From: Actinomycetota bacterium
GTDB taxonomy: Bacteria; Actinomycetota; UBA4738; HRBIN12
NCBI GenBank assembly: GCA_036555645.1
Contig: DATBLA010000040.1
Location: 3,839 to 67,838 of the forward strand
Length of the DNA: 64,000 bases
Direction: 5' to 3'
The position numbers were made by a program, and so were the translations under genes. Below are positions 24,835 through 35,494 of the stretch, in pieces (position 1 is the first letter of the stretch; the number at the start of each line of letters is the position of its first letter). The notes below the pieces were generated by a model, which was not told the origin of the DNA, ran no database searches, and worked only from the letters and a program-made list of their open reading frames with translations.

Positions 24835-26193
24835 TCACATGTGGGCGATGAGCTGCTCCACGCGCTCGTCGACGCTGCGGAACGGGTCCTTGCAGAGCAC
24901 GGTCCGCTGCGCCTGATCGTTGAGCTTGAGGTGGACCCAGTCCACGGTGTAGTCGCGCCGCTTCTGCTTCGCGTGGCGGATGAAGTCTCCGCGGAGCTTC
25001 GCCCTCGTCGTCTGCGGCGGCTCGCGCATCGCGCGCTGGATCTCCTTCTCGCCCACGGTCCGGTCCATCTTGCCGGCACGCTCGAGCACGTAGTACAGGC
25101 CGCGGGCCCGGTTCACGTCGTGGTAGGCGAGATCGAGCAACGCGAGGCGGGGGTGCGACAGCGGCAGCTGATGACGCTCCCGGAACCGCTCGATGAGCAT
25201 CTGCTTGGCCACCCAGTCGACCTTGCGGACGAGGCGGCCGGGCTCCTGGACGATGAGCGCGTCGAGCGCGTCACGCCACTCGCGGAGCAGCTGCTTCGAC
25301 TGGGGGTCGGCCCCCCGGCGCTCGAGGAACCGCTCCGTCCGCTCGTAGTACTCCTCCTGCACCTCGATCGCCGACAGCTCGCGGCCGTTGGCGAGGCGAA
25401 CCTTCTTCCGGCACGTCACGTCGTGGCTGATCTCGCGGATCGCCCGGATCGGGTTCTCGAGCGAGAGATCGCGCATGACCGTGTTCGCCTCGACCATCCG
25501 CAGGACGAGGTCGGTCACGCCGACCTTCATCCACGTCGTGAACTCGGACATGTTCGAGTCGCCCACGATCACGTGCAGGCGGCGGAAGCGCTCGGCGTCC
25601 GCGTGCGGCTCGTCGCGGGTGTTGATGATCGGCCTCGAGCGGGTGGTCGCCGAGGAGACGCCTTCCCAGATGTGCTCGGCGCGCTGCGCGATGCAGTAGA
25701 CCGCTCCGCGGGGACCGTGCAGGACCTTCCCGGCGCCGCACCAGATCTGCCGCGTCACGAAGAACGGGATGAGCATGTCCGCCATGCGGGCGAACTCGCC
25801 CTGGCGCGCGACGAGGTAGTTCTCGTGGCAGCCGTAGGAGTTGCCGGCGGAGTCGGTGTTGTTCTTGAACAGGTAGACCTGGCCGCTGATCCCCTCCTCG
25901 TGCAGCCGGACCTCGGCCGCGGCCAGGAGCGCCTCGAGGATGCGCTCGCCCGCCTTGTCGTGGGCGACGAGATCGGTGATGCCGTCGCACTCGGGCGTCG
26001 CGTACTCGGGATGCGAGCCCACGTCGAGGTAGAGCCGTGCCCCGTTCTCCAGGAAGACGTTGGACGAGCGCCCCCAGTGCACGACCCGGCGGAACAGGTA
26101 GCGAGCGACCTCGTCCGGAGACAGGCGGCGCTGACCGCGGAACGTGCAGGTGACCCCGTACTCGTTCTCGAGCCCGAAGATGCGTCGGTCCAC
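24835..26193 (-). CDS. pafA: Pup--protein ligase PafA
   Basis: [16 protein letters not shown]..., [19 protein letters not shown], carboxylate-amine ligase fold. 452 aa from the GTG start. The ORF-track start 26409 is an Arg/Gly-rich extension. Confidence 0.9.
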   Translation of the reverse strand: MDRRIFGLENEYGVTCTFRGQRRLSPDEVARYLFRRVVHWGRSSNVFLENGARLYLDVGSHPEYATPECDGITDLVAHDKAGERILEALLAAAEVRLHEEGISGQVYLFKNNTDSAGNSYGCHENYLVARQGEFARMADMLIPFFVTRQIWCGAGKVLHGPRGAVYCIAQRAEHIWEGVSSATTRSRPIINTRDEPHADAERFRRLHVIVGDSNMSEFTTWMKVGVTDLVLRMVEANTVMRDLSLENPIRAIREISHDVTCRKKVRLANGRELSAIEVQEEYYERTERFLERRGADPQSKQLLREWRDALDALIVQEPGRLVRKVDWVAKQMLIERFRERHQLPLSHPRLALLDLAYHDVNRARGLYYVLERAGKMDRTVGEKEIQRAMREPPQTTRAKLRGDFIRHAKQKRRDYTVDWVHLKLNDQAQRTVLCKDPFRSVDERVEQLIAHM

Positions 26194-26237
26194 GACCCGA
26201 GTGTAGGCCCGCGACCCCGCAGGGGCGGGAGCGCGGG

Positions 26238-26924
26238 TCAGCCGGCCAGGATGCCGGCGACCTCCTCCTCGCTCACCCGGCGGAAGGTTCGCCGCCCGGC
26301 CTGCGTGCGGTCGAGCACGCCCGCCTCGATCGAGTCCGCCTCCACGGTGTGCCCCTCCGCGGTCGAGAGCGCCCCGACCGCCTCGCGCACGGCCGTGGTG
26401 AGGTCCCACCCCGCCGCGTACGCCGACGTGAGCGCGCCGGTGAGCTCGTCCGCGTGCCCGCCGATCGCGACGAACCCGTGCTCGTCGGTCACCGTCCCGT
26501 CGAAGAGCACGTGATAGATCTCGTCCCGCCCGCCGTCGACGGCGACCTCCCCCACGAGGATCTCCACCTCGTACGGCTTCATCTGCTGGGTGAAGATCGT
26601 CGACAGGGCCTGCGAGTACGCGTTCGCGAGGTCTCTCGCCCGAACGTCCTCGCGGCCGTACGAGTAGCCGCGAAGGTCGGCCAGCCGCACCCCGCTGATC
26701 CGCAGGTCCTCGAACTCGCTGTACTTGCCGACCCCCGCGAACGCGATGCGGTCGTAGATCTCGCTGATCTTGTGGAGCGTCGCGCTCGGGTTCTCCGCGA
26801 GGAACAGAAGGCCGTCCGCGTACTCGAGTCCGATGACCGACTTCCCGCGGGCGATCCCCTTGTGGGCGAACTCCGAGCGGTCCTTCATGAGCTGCTCGGG
26901 GGGCACGTACGGCATGAAGCTCAC
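26238..26924 (-). CDS. prcA: 20S proteasome alpha subunit PrcA
   Basis: (M)[32 protein letters not shown]... closely parallels M. tuberculosis PrcA. GTG start overlaps the prcB stop as GTGA. Confidence 0.9.
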   Translation of the reverse strand: MSFMPYVPPEQLMKDRSEFAHKGIARGKSVIGLEYADGLLFLAENPSATLHKISEIYDRIAFAGVGKYSEFEDLRISGVRLADLRGYSYGREDVRARDLANAYSQALSTIFTQQMKPYEVEILVGEVAVDGGRDEIYHVLFDGTVTDEHGFVAIGGHADELTGALTSAYAAGWDLTTAVREAVGALSTAEGHTVEADSIEAGVLDRTQAGRRTFRRVSEEEVAGILAG

Positions 26925-27742
26925 GACGGACCCCCGGACGCTTCGGCCGCGTCGCGTGCGACGATGGCCTCGTAGGCGCCGCGAACGTCGCCCTCGGGCG
27001 CGTGCTCGGCTCCGCCGGAGGTCACGACGACCACCGTCGGGAAGATCCCGCGAGCGAGATCGACGCCTCCGGTCGCCACGTCCTCCTGCGAGGCGTCGAC
27101 GAGGGCCTCGACCGCCACGCGGAGCGCGTCGTCGCGGCCGAGGTCGGGGCGCCAGCGCTTCTTCAGCGAGCTCGTGGCGGCCCGGCCTCCCGACCCCGTG
27201 GCGTGGAAGTCGTCCTCCTCCCATCGCCCGCCCGTCGCGTCGTAGTAGAAGATCCGGCCCAGTCCCCGCCGCTCGTCGAAACCTCCGAACAGCGGCACGA
27301 CGACGAGGCCCTGGACGGCGAGCGGGAAGTTCGATCGGATCATCTGACCGAGCCGGTTCGCCTTGCCCTCCAGCGAGAGCCGGTCGCCGGTGATCTTCTC
27401 GTAGTGCTCGAGCTCGAGCTGGAAGAGCTTGACGATCTCGACGGCCTGCCCGGCGGCGCCGGCGATCGCGATCGCCGAGAACTCGTCGGCGGGGAACACC
27501 TTCTCCATCCGGTCGTCGGCGATCGCGTACCCCTCGGTCGCGCGACGGTCGCCGGCGAACACGACGCCGTCGGCGAACTTCACGCCGACGACCGTGGTCC
27601 CGTGCGGCGACAGCGCCTCCGCCGAAGCCGTGGGGACAGGCAGGGCCTCTGGCCGGGATCCGCGGATCAGATCGAAGAAGCTGGGGTTCGCGCCGATGGG
27701 GCCACCCGGCAGCCCGGGCGGCGGGGCCGGAACCTGCGTCAT
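26921..27742 (-). CDS. prcB: 20S proteasome beta subunit PrcB (propeptide plus catalytic Thr, TTVVGV)
   Basis: [23 protein letters not shown]. Confidence 0.9.
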   Translation of the reverse strand: MTQVPAPPPGLPGGPIGANPSFFDLIRGSRPEALPVPTASAEALSPHGTTVVGVKFADGVVFAGDRRATEGYAIADDRMEKVFPADEFSAIAIAGAAGQAVEIVKLFQLELEHYEKITGDRLSLEGKANRLGQMIRSNFPLAVQGLVVVPLFGGFDERRGLGRIFYYDATGGRWEEDDFHATGSGGRAATSSLKKRWRPDLGRDDALRVAVEALVDASQEDVATGGVDLARGIFPTVVVVTSGGAEHAPEGDVRGAYEAIVARDAAEASGGPS

Positions 27743-27939
27743 TCCCCGCCCTTTTGCACGTACGACTTCACGAACTCCTCGGCGTTCTCCTCCAGCACGG
27801 AGTCGATCTCGTCGAGGATGTCGTCCATCTCCTCACGAAGCTTCTCGCTCTTCGAGGAGGACGTGACCTGGCCGCCGGCAGAGTCCGAACCACCACCGGA
27901 CCGCTTCTGGACCTTCTTCTGCTCCTGCTCCTGCGGCAC
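27739..27939 (-). CDS. pup: Prokaryotic ubiquitin-like protein Pup (C-terminal GGE)
   Basis: 66 aa, disordered N-terminus, C-terminal [22 protein letters not shown] overlap with prcB. Confidence 0.9.
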   Translation of the reverse strand: MPQEQEQKKVQKRSGGGSDSAGGQVTSSSKSEKLREEMDDILDEIDSVLEENAEEFVKSYVQKGGE

Positions 27940-27990
27940 GATCGATCTCCCTGGCTCGGATGGGAGGACATTCTACGGCCGGGGACCGAC

Positions 27991-29475
27991 CTAGGAGCGG
28001 AGCATCTCGACGAGCGCCGCCGCGTCGGCGGCCTGCTCGAGGAGGTCCTCGACGTGCGCCTTCGTTCCCCGCAACGGCTCGCGCATCGGCACCCGCTGCA
28101 GCGCCTCGGCGCCGGTGTCGAAGATCATCGAGTCCCACGAGGCGGCGGCGATCGCGTCCGGATACCGGTCGATGCACCGCCCCCGGAAGTACGCCCGCGT
28201 GTCCTCCGGCGGTTCCATGATCGCCCGCTCGATCTCGTCGTCGCCGACGAGCCGCTCGACCTTCCCGGTCGCCGCGAGCCGGTGATACAGGCCACGGTCG
28301 CGACGGACGTCGTGGTACTGGAGATCGATGAGCCGCAGCTTGGGATCGGACCAGTCGAGGCCGTCGCGCTCGCGGAAGCCCGCGAGGAGGCGATACTTCG
28401 CCACCCAGTCGAGCTCGCGCGCCAGCTGCATCGGGTCGTCCTCCAGGGCCGTCAGGACGGCCTCCCACCGCTCGACCACCTCGAGGCCCTCGGCGGAGGT
28501 GTCCTCCTGCTCCACGTACTTCTTCGCGCGCTCCAGGTACTCCCACTGGACCTGCACCGCGCTCAGCTTGCGGCCGTCCGCCAACCGGATGAGCGCGGCA
28601 CACGTCAGGTCCCTGGACACCTCGTGGAGGGCCGAGACCGGGGTGGCGAGCTGGAGGTCGGGCAGGTAGTCGTCCTCGATCATCTTCAGCACGATCGCCG
28701 TCGTTCCCACCTTGAGGAACGTCGCGACCTCGCACATCGTCGCGTCGCCCACGATGACGTGGAGCCGCCGGTACTTCTCCGGATCGGCGTGCGGCTCGTC
28801 GCGCGTGTTGATGATCGGGCGCTTCAGGGTCGTCTCGAGCCCCACCTCGGCCTCGAAGAAGTCGGCCCGCTGCGTGAGCTGGAACCGCTGCCTGCCCCGC
28901 TCGTCCCAGGGGGCCTCGGCACCGAGCTTGCCCGCCCCGCAGAAGATCTGCCGGCTCACGAAGAACGGCGTCAGGCCCGTCACGAGGTTCCCGAACGGGA
29001 CCGCGCGGTCCACGAGGTAGTTCTCGTGCGTCCCGTAGCTGTTGCCCTTGCCGTCGCTGTTGTTCTTGTAGACGGCGAGGCGCTGGCCGGTGGCCAGGGT
29101 GCGCTCCACCTCGTCGAGCGAGCGCTCGAGGACGCGCTCCCCCGCCTTGTCGTGGATCACGAGCTCGCGGGGCGACGCGCACTCGGGCGTGGAGTACTCG
29201 GGGTGGGCGTGATCGACGTAGTAGCGAGCGCCGTTCGGCAGGATGACGTTCGCCAGGCCCAGGTCCTCCTCCGACGGCTCGCGGAGCTGGACCGGCTCGA
29301 ACCCGCGAGCGTCGCGCAGCGGCGACTCCTGCTCGTAGTCCCAACGGATCCGGCGAAGCGCGCCCGCGTACGTGCTGATGAGCAACGAGGACGAGATGAC
29401 CGGGTTGAACTCGGGAGATCCGACCGCCGAGATGCCGTACTCGGTCTCGGTCCCGATGACCTTGGGGATGGCCAT
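27991..29475 (-). CDS. dop: Depupylase/deamidase Dop
   Basis: MAIPKVIGTETEYGISAV..., PafA/Dop family. 494 aa with the Dop-specific insertion. Confidence 0.9.
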   Translation of the reverse strand: MAIPKVIGTETEYGISAVGSPEFNPVISSSLLISTYAGALRRIRWDYEQESPLRDARGFEPVQLREPSEEDLGLANVILPNGARYYVDHAHPEYSTPECASPRELVIHDKAGERVLERSLDEVERTLATGQRLAVYKNNSDGKGNSYGTHENYLVDRAVPFGNLVTGLTPFFVSRQIFCGAGKLGAEAPWDERGRQRFQLTQRADFFEAEVGLETTLKRPIINTRDEPHADPEKYRRLHVIVGDATMCEVATFLKVGTTAIVLKMIEDDYLPDLQLATPVSALHEVSRDLTCAALIRLADGRKLSAVQVQWEYLERAKKYVEQEDTSAEGLEVVERWEAVLTALEDDPMQLARELDWVAKYRLLAGFRERDGLDWSDPKLRLIDLQYHDVRRDRGLYHRLAATGKVERLVGDDEIERAIMEPPEDTRAYFRGRCIDRYPDAIAAASWDSMIFDTGAEALQRVPMREPLRGTKAHVEDLLEQAADAAALVEMLRS

Positions 29476-29484
29476 CCGTGGACC

Positions 29485-31236
29485 TTACAGGTACTGCCCG
29501 GCGCTGACCCGCTCGACCTGCCGTCCCTCTCCTTCCGCGTCGCCGAGCAGGGTACGGACGTAGACGATGCGCTCGCCCTTCTTGCCCGAGATCCGCGCCC
29601 AGTCGTCGGGGTTCGTCGTGTTCGGCAGGTCCTCGTTCTCCTTGAACTCGTCGCGGATCGCGCGGGACAGGTCGTCCGACGTGATCCCCTTCTCTCCCGT
29701 CTGGAGGAACCGCTTGATCGCTTCCTTCTTCGCGCGGCGGACGATGTTCTCGATCATCGCCCCCGAGTTGAAGTCCTTGAAGTACAGGACCTCCTTGTCG
29801 CCGCTCGCGTACGTCACCTCGAGGAAGCGGTTCTCCTCCGCCGTCTCGTACATCCGATCCACGGTCTGCTGGATCATCCGGGCGATCGTCGCCTTCACGT
29901 CACCGTTCGAGCGGGCGAGGTCCGTCGGGTGGATCGGGACCCGGGCGTTCAGGTACTTGCTCATGATGTCCGCGGCCTGCGCGGCGCTGGGTCGCTCGAT
30001 CTTGATCTTCACGTCGAGGCGGCCGGGACGCAGGATCGCCGGATCGATCAGGTCCTCGCGATTCGAGGCGCCGATCACGATGACGTTCTTCAGCGTCTCG
30101 ACGCCGTCGAGCTCGGAGAGCAGCTGCGGCACGATCGTCGACTCGACGTCGCTCGAGATCCCCGTTCCACGGGTCCGGAAGATCGAGTCCATCTCGTCGA
30201 AGAACACGATGACCGGCAACCCCTCCTCGCTGCGCTCCTTCGCGCGCTGGAAGATCTGACGGATCTGTCGCTCGGTCTCGCCGACGTACTTGTTCAGCAG
30301 CTCGGGGCCCTTGATGTTCAGGAAGTAGGAGTGGGCGTCCTGGCGGCCGGTCCGCTCGCGAACCTTGTCGGCGAGCGAGCGGGCCACGGCCTTGGCGATG
30401 AGCGTCTTGCCGCACCCCGGGGGTCCGTAGAGCAGGACACCTTTCGGCGCCTCGAGCTGGTGCTCGGCGAACAGCTCCGCGTACAGGAACGGGAGCTCGA
30501 CGGCGTCGCGGATCGCCTCGATCTGCCCCTCGAGCCCGCCGATGTCCTCGTACGAGATGTCGGGGATCTCCTCGAGGACGAGCTCCTCGACCTCCTCCTT
30601 CGGCAGCCGCTCGAGCGCGACGTTGGAGCGCGTGTCGATGAGCAGCGGATCGCCCGCCCGGATCTGCTCGGAGAGCAGCCCGACCGACAGCGTGGCCACG
30701 ATCTCCTCGTCGCCGCGGCCGACCACGACGACCCGGTCCTCGCCGAGGCGGTCCTTGACCTTCATGACCTCGCCGGCCCGGTCGGGCGCGAGGACCTCCA
30801 CGACGTTCAGCGCCTCGTTGAGGATCACCTCGGCACCACGGCGGAGCCCGTCGGCGTCGAGGTCGGGCGAGACGTTCACGCGCATCTTCCGGCCCGCCGT
30901 GAACACGTCGGCCGACCCGTCGTCGTTCGTGCCGAGGTACACGCCGAACGACGCCGGCGGCTGGCTGAGCTTCTCGACCTCCTCGCGGAGCCCCTCGATC
31001 CGCTCCTTCTCGGACTCGAGCGCGCCGGCGAGCTTCTCGTTCTGCGAGATCGCCCGCGCGAGGTCCGACCGCGTTTCGAGCAGCTTCTCCTCCAGGAGCT
31101 TCACCTGGCGGGGGGCGTTCGTGAGCCGGCGTCGCAGGAGCGAGATCTCGTCCTCGAGGAACCGGACCTGCGTCTGGAGCTCGTGGATCTGCTTCTCGTA
31201 GCGCTCCTGCTGCTCGCGTGGGTCGGGCTCGGGCAC
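29485..31236 (-). CDS. mpa: Proteasome-associated AAA ATPase ARC/Mpa
   Basis: N-terminal coiled coil, OB domains, Walker A GPPGCGKT, Walker [12 protein letters not shown]-terminal GQYL proteasome-docking motif. Confidence 0.92.
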   Translation of the reverse strand: MPEPDPREQQERYEKQIHELQTQVRFLEDEISLLRRRLTNAPRQVKLLEEKLLETRSDLARAISQNEKLAGALESEKERIEGLREEVEKLSQPPASFGVYLGTNDDGSADVFTAGRKMRVNVSPDLDADGLRRGAEVILNEALNVVEVLAPDRAGEVMKVKDRLGEDRVVVVGRGDEEIVATLSVGLLSEQIRAGDPLLIDTRSNVALERLPKEEVEELVLEEIPDISYEDIGGLEGQIEAIRDAVELPFLYAELFAEHQLEAPKGVLLYGPPGCGKTLIAKAVARSLADKVRERTGRQDAHSYFLNIKGPELLNKYVGETERQIRQIFQRAKERSEEGLPVIVFFDEMDSIFRTRGTGISSDVESTIVPQLLSELDGVETLKNVIVIGASNREDLIDPAILRPGRLDVKIKIERPSAAQAADIMSKYLNARVPIHPTDLARSNGDVKATIARMIQQTVDRMYETAEENRFLEVTYASGDKEVLYFKDFNSGAMIENIVRRAKKEAIKRFLQTGEKGITSDDLSRAIRDEFKENEDLPNTTNPDDWARISGKKGERIVYVRTLLGDAEGEGRQVERVSAGQYL

Positions 31237-31350
31237 TCCTCACCTCCGCGTGGACGGCACAGCATACCGCCGGTCCCTCTCCCGACCGAGCAGGCCGGGG
31301 GAGGTCGTCCGGCCTATGAGATACGGTTTCGGCACCCGGTCCGGTTCACC

Positions 31351-32139
31351 TTAGGACGGGTCGGCGACACGGCGCGCCACCGTCACGAACCCGGTGTGGG
31401 CGACCATCCGGTGATCCGGCCGGACGCTCGTCTCCGTCACGTGCCACGAGCGACGGAGGATCTCGAACGTCTCCAGGTGCTCGCATCCGGCGGCGCCGAG
31501 CGCGAGCACGAGCCGCTGCACCTGGATCGTCGTCGGGAGGTACGCGCAGACGATGCCCCCCGGAGGGAGCGCGTCGCCGAGGGCCGCGATCGCCTCCCAT
31601 GGCTCGGGCAGATCGAGGACGACGCGGTCGAAGGTCTCGCCCGTGCCCGCCACCTCGCGCACGTCGCCCACGCGCAGGTCGAGCCAGTCCGGCATCTTGC
31701 CGAAGAACGCCTCGATGTTCTGCGCGGCCGTGGTCTGGAACTCGGCGCGGAGGTCGTAGGAGACCACCCGACCGTCCGGTCCGGTCGCCCGACACAGCGC
31801 CAGCGTGAGCGAGCCCGACCCGGTCCCGGCCTCGAGCACCCGGGCGCCCGGGTGGATGTCGGCCTCCACGAGGATGGGGCCGACGTCCTTCGGGTACACG
31901 ACCTGCGCTCCCCGCGGCATCTTCAGGACGAAGTCCGCCATCCGCGGCCGGAACGCGCGAAAGCTCATCCCGGTCGCGGATCTCGCGACCGTGCCCTCGC
32001 GCTCGCCGATGAGGAGGTCGTGCGCCACGCCGCCGCCGTGCGAGTGCCACACCTCGCCCGACCGGAGCGTGACGAGGTACCGGCGCCCACGCTGGTCCAC
32101 GAGCAGGATGCGCTCGCCGGGCTCGAACGGGGCGCTCAC
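31351..32139 (-). CDS. trmI: tRNA (adenine58-N1)-methyltransferase TrmI
   Basis: ILLVDQRGRRYLVTLRSGE...VLEAGTGSGSLTLAL...DRVVLDLPEPWEA (Gcd14/TrmI SAM-MTase). GTG start overlaps the upstream stop as GTGA. Confidence 0.85.
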   Translation of the reverse strand: MSAPFEPGERILLVDQRGRRYLVTLRSGEVWHSHGGGVAHDLLIGEREGTVARSATGMSFRAFRPRMADFVLKMPRGAQVVYPKDVGPILVEADIHPGARVLEAGTGSGSLTLALCRATGPDGRVVSYDLRAEFQTTAAQNIEAFFGKMPDWLDLRVGDVREVAGTGETFDRVVLDLPEPWEAIAALGDALPPGGIVCAYLPTTIQVQRLVLALGAAGCEHLETFEILRRSWHVTETSVRPDHRMVAHTGFVTVARRVADPS

Positions 32140-33347
32140 GTCGCGGCCGAGCCGTAGACCTCGGCCGGCATGACCTCCTCCGACAGGCTCGCGGCCAGCT
32201 CGCGCTCGGTGAGCGCCTGGCCCTCCTCGCCGGTCCCGGCGTCCAGGCGCTCGCCCAGGATCTGGGCGCGGGCCCGGCAGAACGCGCAGAACCGCCCGGT
32301 CGTCGGCTGCGCGCACCGCTCGCAGGCGTGGAGCTCGGCATCGTCCTGGGTGGCGAACAGCGGAGCCGCACGGTCGAGGTAGCTGAGGAAGAACTGCGCC
32401 TTCGTGCCGGGCGAGCCCGCCTCGAGCTGGTTCATCGCGTCCTTGTACCGAAGCTGCGTGTTCCCCCCCACGAGCGGACACTCCTCGACGACGTAGTCGA
32501 TGCCGCGAAGGAACGCGTACGCGGCGGTCTCGAGCTCGGACAGCCGGTACAGCGGCTTCACCTTGCGCGCGAGCCCCTCCTCGGCGGGGAGCACCGGGAA
32601 CTGCCGCGCGATGTAGTCGGTCTGCCAGCGCAGGGTGTTCCCGAGCAGGGTCGCCGCCTCGTCGTCGAGGTTGTGGCCCGTCGCGACGACGTCGTAGCCG
32701 CGCTCCCGGGCCGTTCGGTTGAAGACATAGCGCTTCGACAGGCCGCACACGGCACAGGTCGACCTCGATCCCTTTGCGCCGGCCGTCGGCACGTCGAACC
32801 CGTAGTCGTCCCGAAGGTCGACCTCGATGAGGCGCGTGTCACGGCCGGCGGCGAAGGTCCGCACGGTCCGAGCCGACCCCTCCGAGTACTCCCCGATCCC
32901 CAGGCCCAGGTACAGCCCGTCCGCCCGATATCCCAGGTCGAGCAGCACGTCCCACAGCGCGAGCGAGTCCTTGCCGCCCGAGACCGCGACGAGGATCCGA
33001 TCCTGCGCGCCGAACATGTCGAACGCCTCGATCGCGCGCTTGACCTGCTCGCGCACGTGACGCACGAAGCAGTCCCGGCAGAAGGCCGCGTTGTGGCGGC
33101 GCACCTCGACGACCGCCGGCGCCTTGCAGCGCCGGCACTTCATCCGGTTCGCGGCACCGCCGCTGATCACCGGCCGGATCTCGATCTCGTCCGCTTCGCC
33201 GACGCGATCCTCGCGCGTGAGGAGCTCGCGGTCGCGGATCACGAGCACCGTGTCCGGGTTGATGCCGAGCTCGCCGAGGACGGCGTGGACCTTCCGACCG
33301 CCCGCGACCTCGACGTCCCGGTCGGGGTTCCGGAGCCTGACCTTCAC
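32136..33347 (-). CDS. In-frame fusion: N-terminal ThiS/MoaD/TtuB-like ubiquitin-fold sulfur carrier domain (aa 1-66, ends ...RPVISGG) joined to a TtuA/Ncs6-family PP-loop tRNA thiolase
   Basis: Residues 1-66 (MKVRLRNPDRDVEVAGGRKVHAVLGELGINPDTVLVIRDRELLTREDRVGEADEIEIRPVISGG) align with ThiS and end in Gly-Gly. Continues AANRM into ZnF1 CRRCK...CRDC, PP-loop SGGKDS, Fe-S/active-site CAVCGLSKRY, GHNLDDEA, C-terminal ZnF CERC...CAFC. Confidence 0.75.
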   Translation of the reverse strand: MKVRLRNPDRDVEVAGGRKVHAVLGELGINPDTVLVIRDRELLTREDRVGEADEIEIRPVISGGAANRMKCRRCKAPAVVEVRRHNAAFCRDCFVRHVREQVKRAIEAFDMFGAQDRILVAVSGGKDSLALWDVLLDLGYRADGLYLGLGIGEYSEGSARTVRTFAAGRDTRLIEVDLRDDYGFDVPTAGAKGSRSTCAVCGLSKRYVFNRTARERGYDVVATGHNLDDEAATLLGNTLRWQTDYIARQFPVLPAEEGLARKVKPLYRLSELETAAYAFLRGIDYVVEECPLVGGNTQLRYKDAMNQLEAGSPGTKAQFFLSYLDRAAPLFATQDDAELHACERCAQPTTGRFCAFCRARAQILGERLDAGTGEEGQALTERELAASLSEEVMPAEVYGSAAT

Positions 33348-33389
33348 GCGGTCAGGCTATCGCAGCGCCGACCCCCGTCCCCGGTCCCC

Positions 33390-34466
33390 TCAGGGCGTCG
33401 AGACGGGGTTCACGCCCAGCGTGACGGTGAGCGTCTCGGGCGATCCGTCGGGGTGGACGACGTCGACCTCGACCGTGTCGCCGGGCCGCTTCGACCGGAT
33501 CAGCTCGCCGAGGCCGTCGGCGGTCGTCACGTCCTGCCCGTCGAAGCCCACGACCACGTCGCCGGGCTGGATGCCCGCGTCGTCGGCCGGCCCGCCGGGG
33601 ACGACGCTCACGATGGCGGCCCCCTCGCTCACCGGCGGGTCGAGCTCGAACTGGATCTGCGGGTCCGAGGCGTCGCCCGAGCTGATCCCCATGAAGGCCA
33701 CGGGCGCCGACGGGTTCTCGGCGGCCTGGAAGATGTCGGACTTGGCGGAATCGATCTGGATCGCGAAGCCGATGTTCTCCGCTTCGTTCGCGCCGGCGGT
33801 GTTGATCCCGACCACGCGGCCGGACAGGTCGACGAGCGGCCCGCCGGAGTTCCCGGGGTTGATCGCGGCGTCGGTCTGGATGACCTCGGTGTACACGCGC
33901 TGGCCTCCCTCGCACTCGGCGCAGTTGGCGTCGGGCACGGTGATGTTCCTCGTGAGCGAGGACACGACGCCCGTGGTGACCGAGGGCCCGCCGGCGAGCC
34001 CGAGCGCGTACCCGATCGCCACGACCGGCTGCCCCAGCCGGAGGTCGGCGGAGTCCCCGAGCGGGACCGTCGGAAGGTCGGTGGCCTCGACGTCGAGCAC
34101 CGCGAGGTCGTCCTGGATATCGCCCCCGATGACCCTCGCGTCGTACTCGACGGGATCCGAGTCGGAGGTCACGACGGTGACCCTCGAGGCGCCCTCCACG
34201 ACGTGGAAGTTCGTCACGATGATGCCGTCCGAGCGGACGATGAACCCGGTCCCCTCGCCCTGTCCCTGTCCGGACTCGGCGACGACGTTGACCACGGCCG
34301 GCAGCACCTGATCGACGACGTCCACCACGCCGTTGCGCCCCCCCACCGGCGCCTCGGCGCCCGAGGGGAACACGGCCTGGGGCTCGGCGCTGTTGTTCGT
34401 CCGTTGCATCGTGCACGCCGAGAGCCCGAGTGCGGCAACCAACAGGATGAGGATCGTTCGCTTCAT
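33390..34466 (-). CDS. HtrA/DegP-family trypsin-like serine protease with PDZ domain, lipoprotein signal
   Basis: Signal/lipobox MKRTILILLVAALGLSAC. Catalytic His VTNFHVV, Asp DLAVLDV, Ser GNSGGPLVD. C-terminal PDZ. Confidence 0.85.
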   Translation of the reverse strand: MKRTILILLVAALGLSACTMQRTNNSAEPQAVFPSGAEAPVGGRNGVVDVVDQVLPAVVNVVAESGQGQGEGTGFIVRSDGIIVTNFHVVEGASRVTVVTSDSDPVEYDARVIGGDIQDDLAVLDVEATDLPTVPLGDSADLRLGQPVVAIGYALGLAGGPSVTTGVVSSLTRNITVPDANCAECEGGQRVYTEVIQTDAAINPGNSGGPLVDLSGRVVGINTAGANEAENIGFAIQIDSAKSDIFQAAENPSAPVAFMGISSGDASDPQIQFELDPPVSEGAAIVSVVPGGPADDAGIQPGDVVVGFDGQDVTTADGLGELIRSKRPGDTVEVDVVHPDGSPETLTVTLGVNPVSTP

Positions 34467-34521
34467 CGTCTCACTCCAGTGTGTCGATTCAGGGGCCATT
34501 CGACACCCGGAGGCCGAACGT

Positions 34522-35469
34522 TCACCCGACCGAGGTCGATCCGGGAGCGGGCCTCGGCAGGAGGCCGGCCGCCTCGACGACCCGGGGAATCGCCTCCTCG
34601 TGGTTGATCGTCATGAGGTGGACGCCCCGGATCCCCGGGATCCCGCGCACCTGCTCCACGAGCTCGACGGCGATGCGGATGCCCTCCTCACGCTGTCGCG
34701 CCGCCTCCACGCCGCCCATCCGCTCGATCACCCAGTCGGGGACGTCGACCCCGGGCACCTGGTCCCGGAGGTAGCGAGCGCCGCGCTCGGAGCTCGGGAC
34801 GAAGATCCCGGCGAGCACCCACACGCGATCGAGCAATCCGAGCTCGCCCGACCGGGCCATGAACAATCGCAACTTCTCCACGTTGAAGCAGATCTGCGTC
34901 TGGATGAACTCGGCTCCCGCCTCGATCTTCATCCCCAGGCGCATCGGGCGGAACTCCAGCGGCGGCGCGAACGGGTTCTCGACCGCCCCGATGAGGTACC
35001 GCGGCGCGTCGTCGAGCTGTCGGCCGGACAGGTAGGTGCCCTGATCCCGCATGATCTTCGCGATCCGAAGCAGGTGGACGGCGTCGATGTCGTAGATCGG
35101 CTTGGCCTCCGGGTGGTCGCCGACCGACACGTCGTCTCCGGTCATGCACACGACGTTGCGTACCCCCAGGGCGGCGGCGCCGAGGAGGTCGGCCTGGAGC
35201 GCGAGCCGGTTCCGATCCCGGCACGCGAGCTGCATGATGGGCTCGAGGCCGTCCTCGAGCAGGAGCCGGGCGGCCGCGAGCGGCGCGATGTGGGTGTGAG
35301 CAGCGCTGTTGTCCGTGCAGTTGACCGCGTCGACGCTCCCGCGCAGCGTCTCCGCCAGTCCGGCGATCGAGCCGGGATCGGCCGAGTCGCTCGTCTGGAG
35401 CTCCGCGGTGACGACGAAGGCGCCGTCGAGCAAGCGCCGGTGGAGCTCGCTCCAGGGCGCCGGACTCAC
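34522..35469 (-). CDS. metF: 5,10-methylenetetrahydrofolate reductase (MetF family)
   Basis: MTHFR TIM-barrel motifs (VDAVNCTDNSAAHTHIAPLAAA, VRNVVCMTGDD, TQICFNVEKL). 315 aa. Confidence 0.8.
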   Translation of the reverse strand: MSPAPWSELHRRLLDGAFVVTAELQTSDSADPGSIAGLAETLRGSVDAVNCTDNSAAHTHIAPLAAARLLLEDGLEPIMQLACRDRNRLALQADLLGAAALGVRNVVCMTGDDVSVGDHPEAKPIYDIDAVHLLRIAKIMRDQGTYLSGRQLDDAPRYLIGAVENPFAPPLEFRPMRLGMKIEAGAEFIQTQICFNVEKLRLFMARSGELGLLDRVWVLAGIFVPSSERGARYLRDQVPGVDVPDWVIERMGGVEAARQREEGIRIAVELVEQVRGIPGIRGVHLMTINHEEAIPRVVEAAGLLPRPAPGSTSVG

Positions 35470-35494
35470 GCCCGCGCCGAGTCTCGCGGATCGC

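Noticed and set aside
24835-26409. N-terminal 72-aa extension of the pafA ORF ([13 protein letters not shown]...)
   Set aside because: Gly/Arg-rich and not found in PafA proteins. The PafA homology begins at the GTG that gives [14 protein letters not shown].
27754-32157. 1467-aa plus-strand ORF across pup, dop, mpa and trmI
   Set aside because: Antisense to four well-supported genes. Repetitive Arg/Leu/Asp composition.
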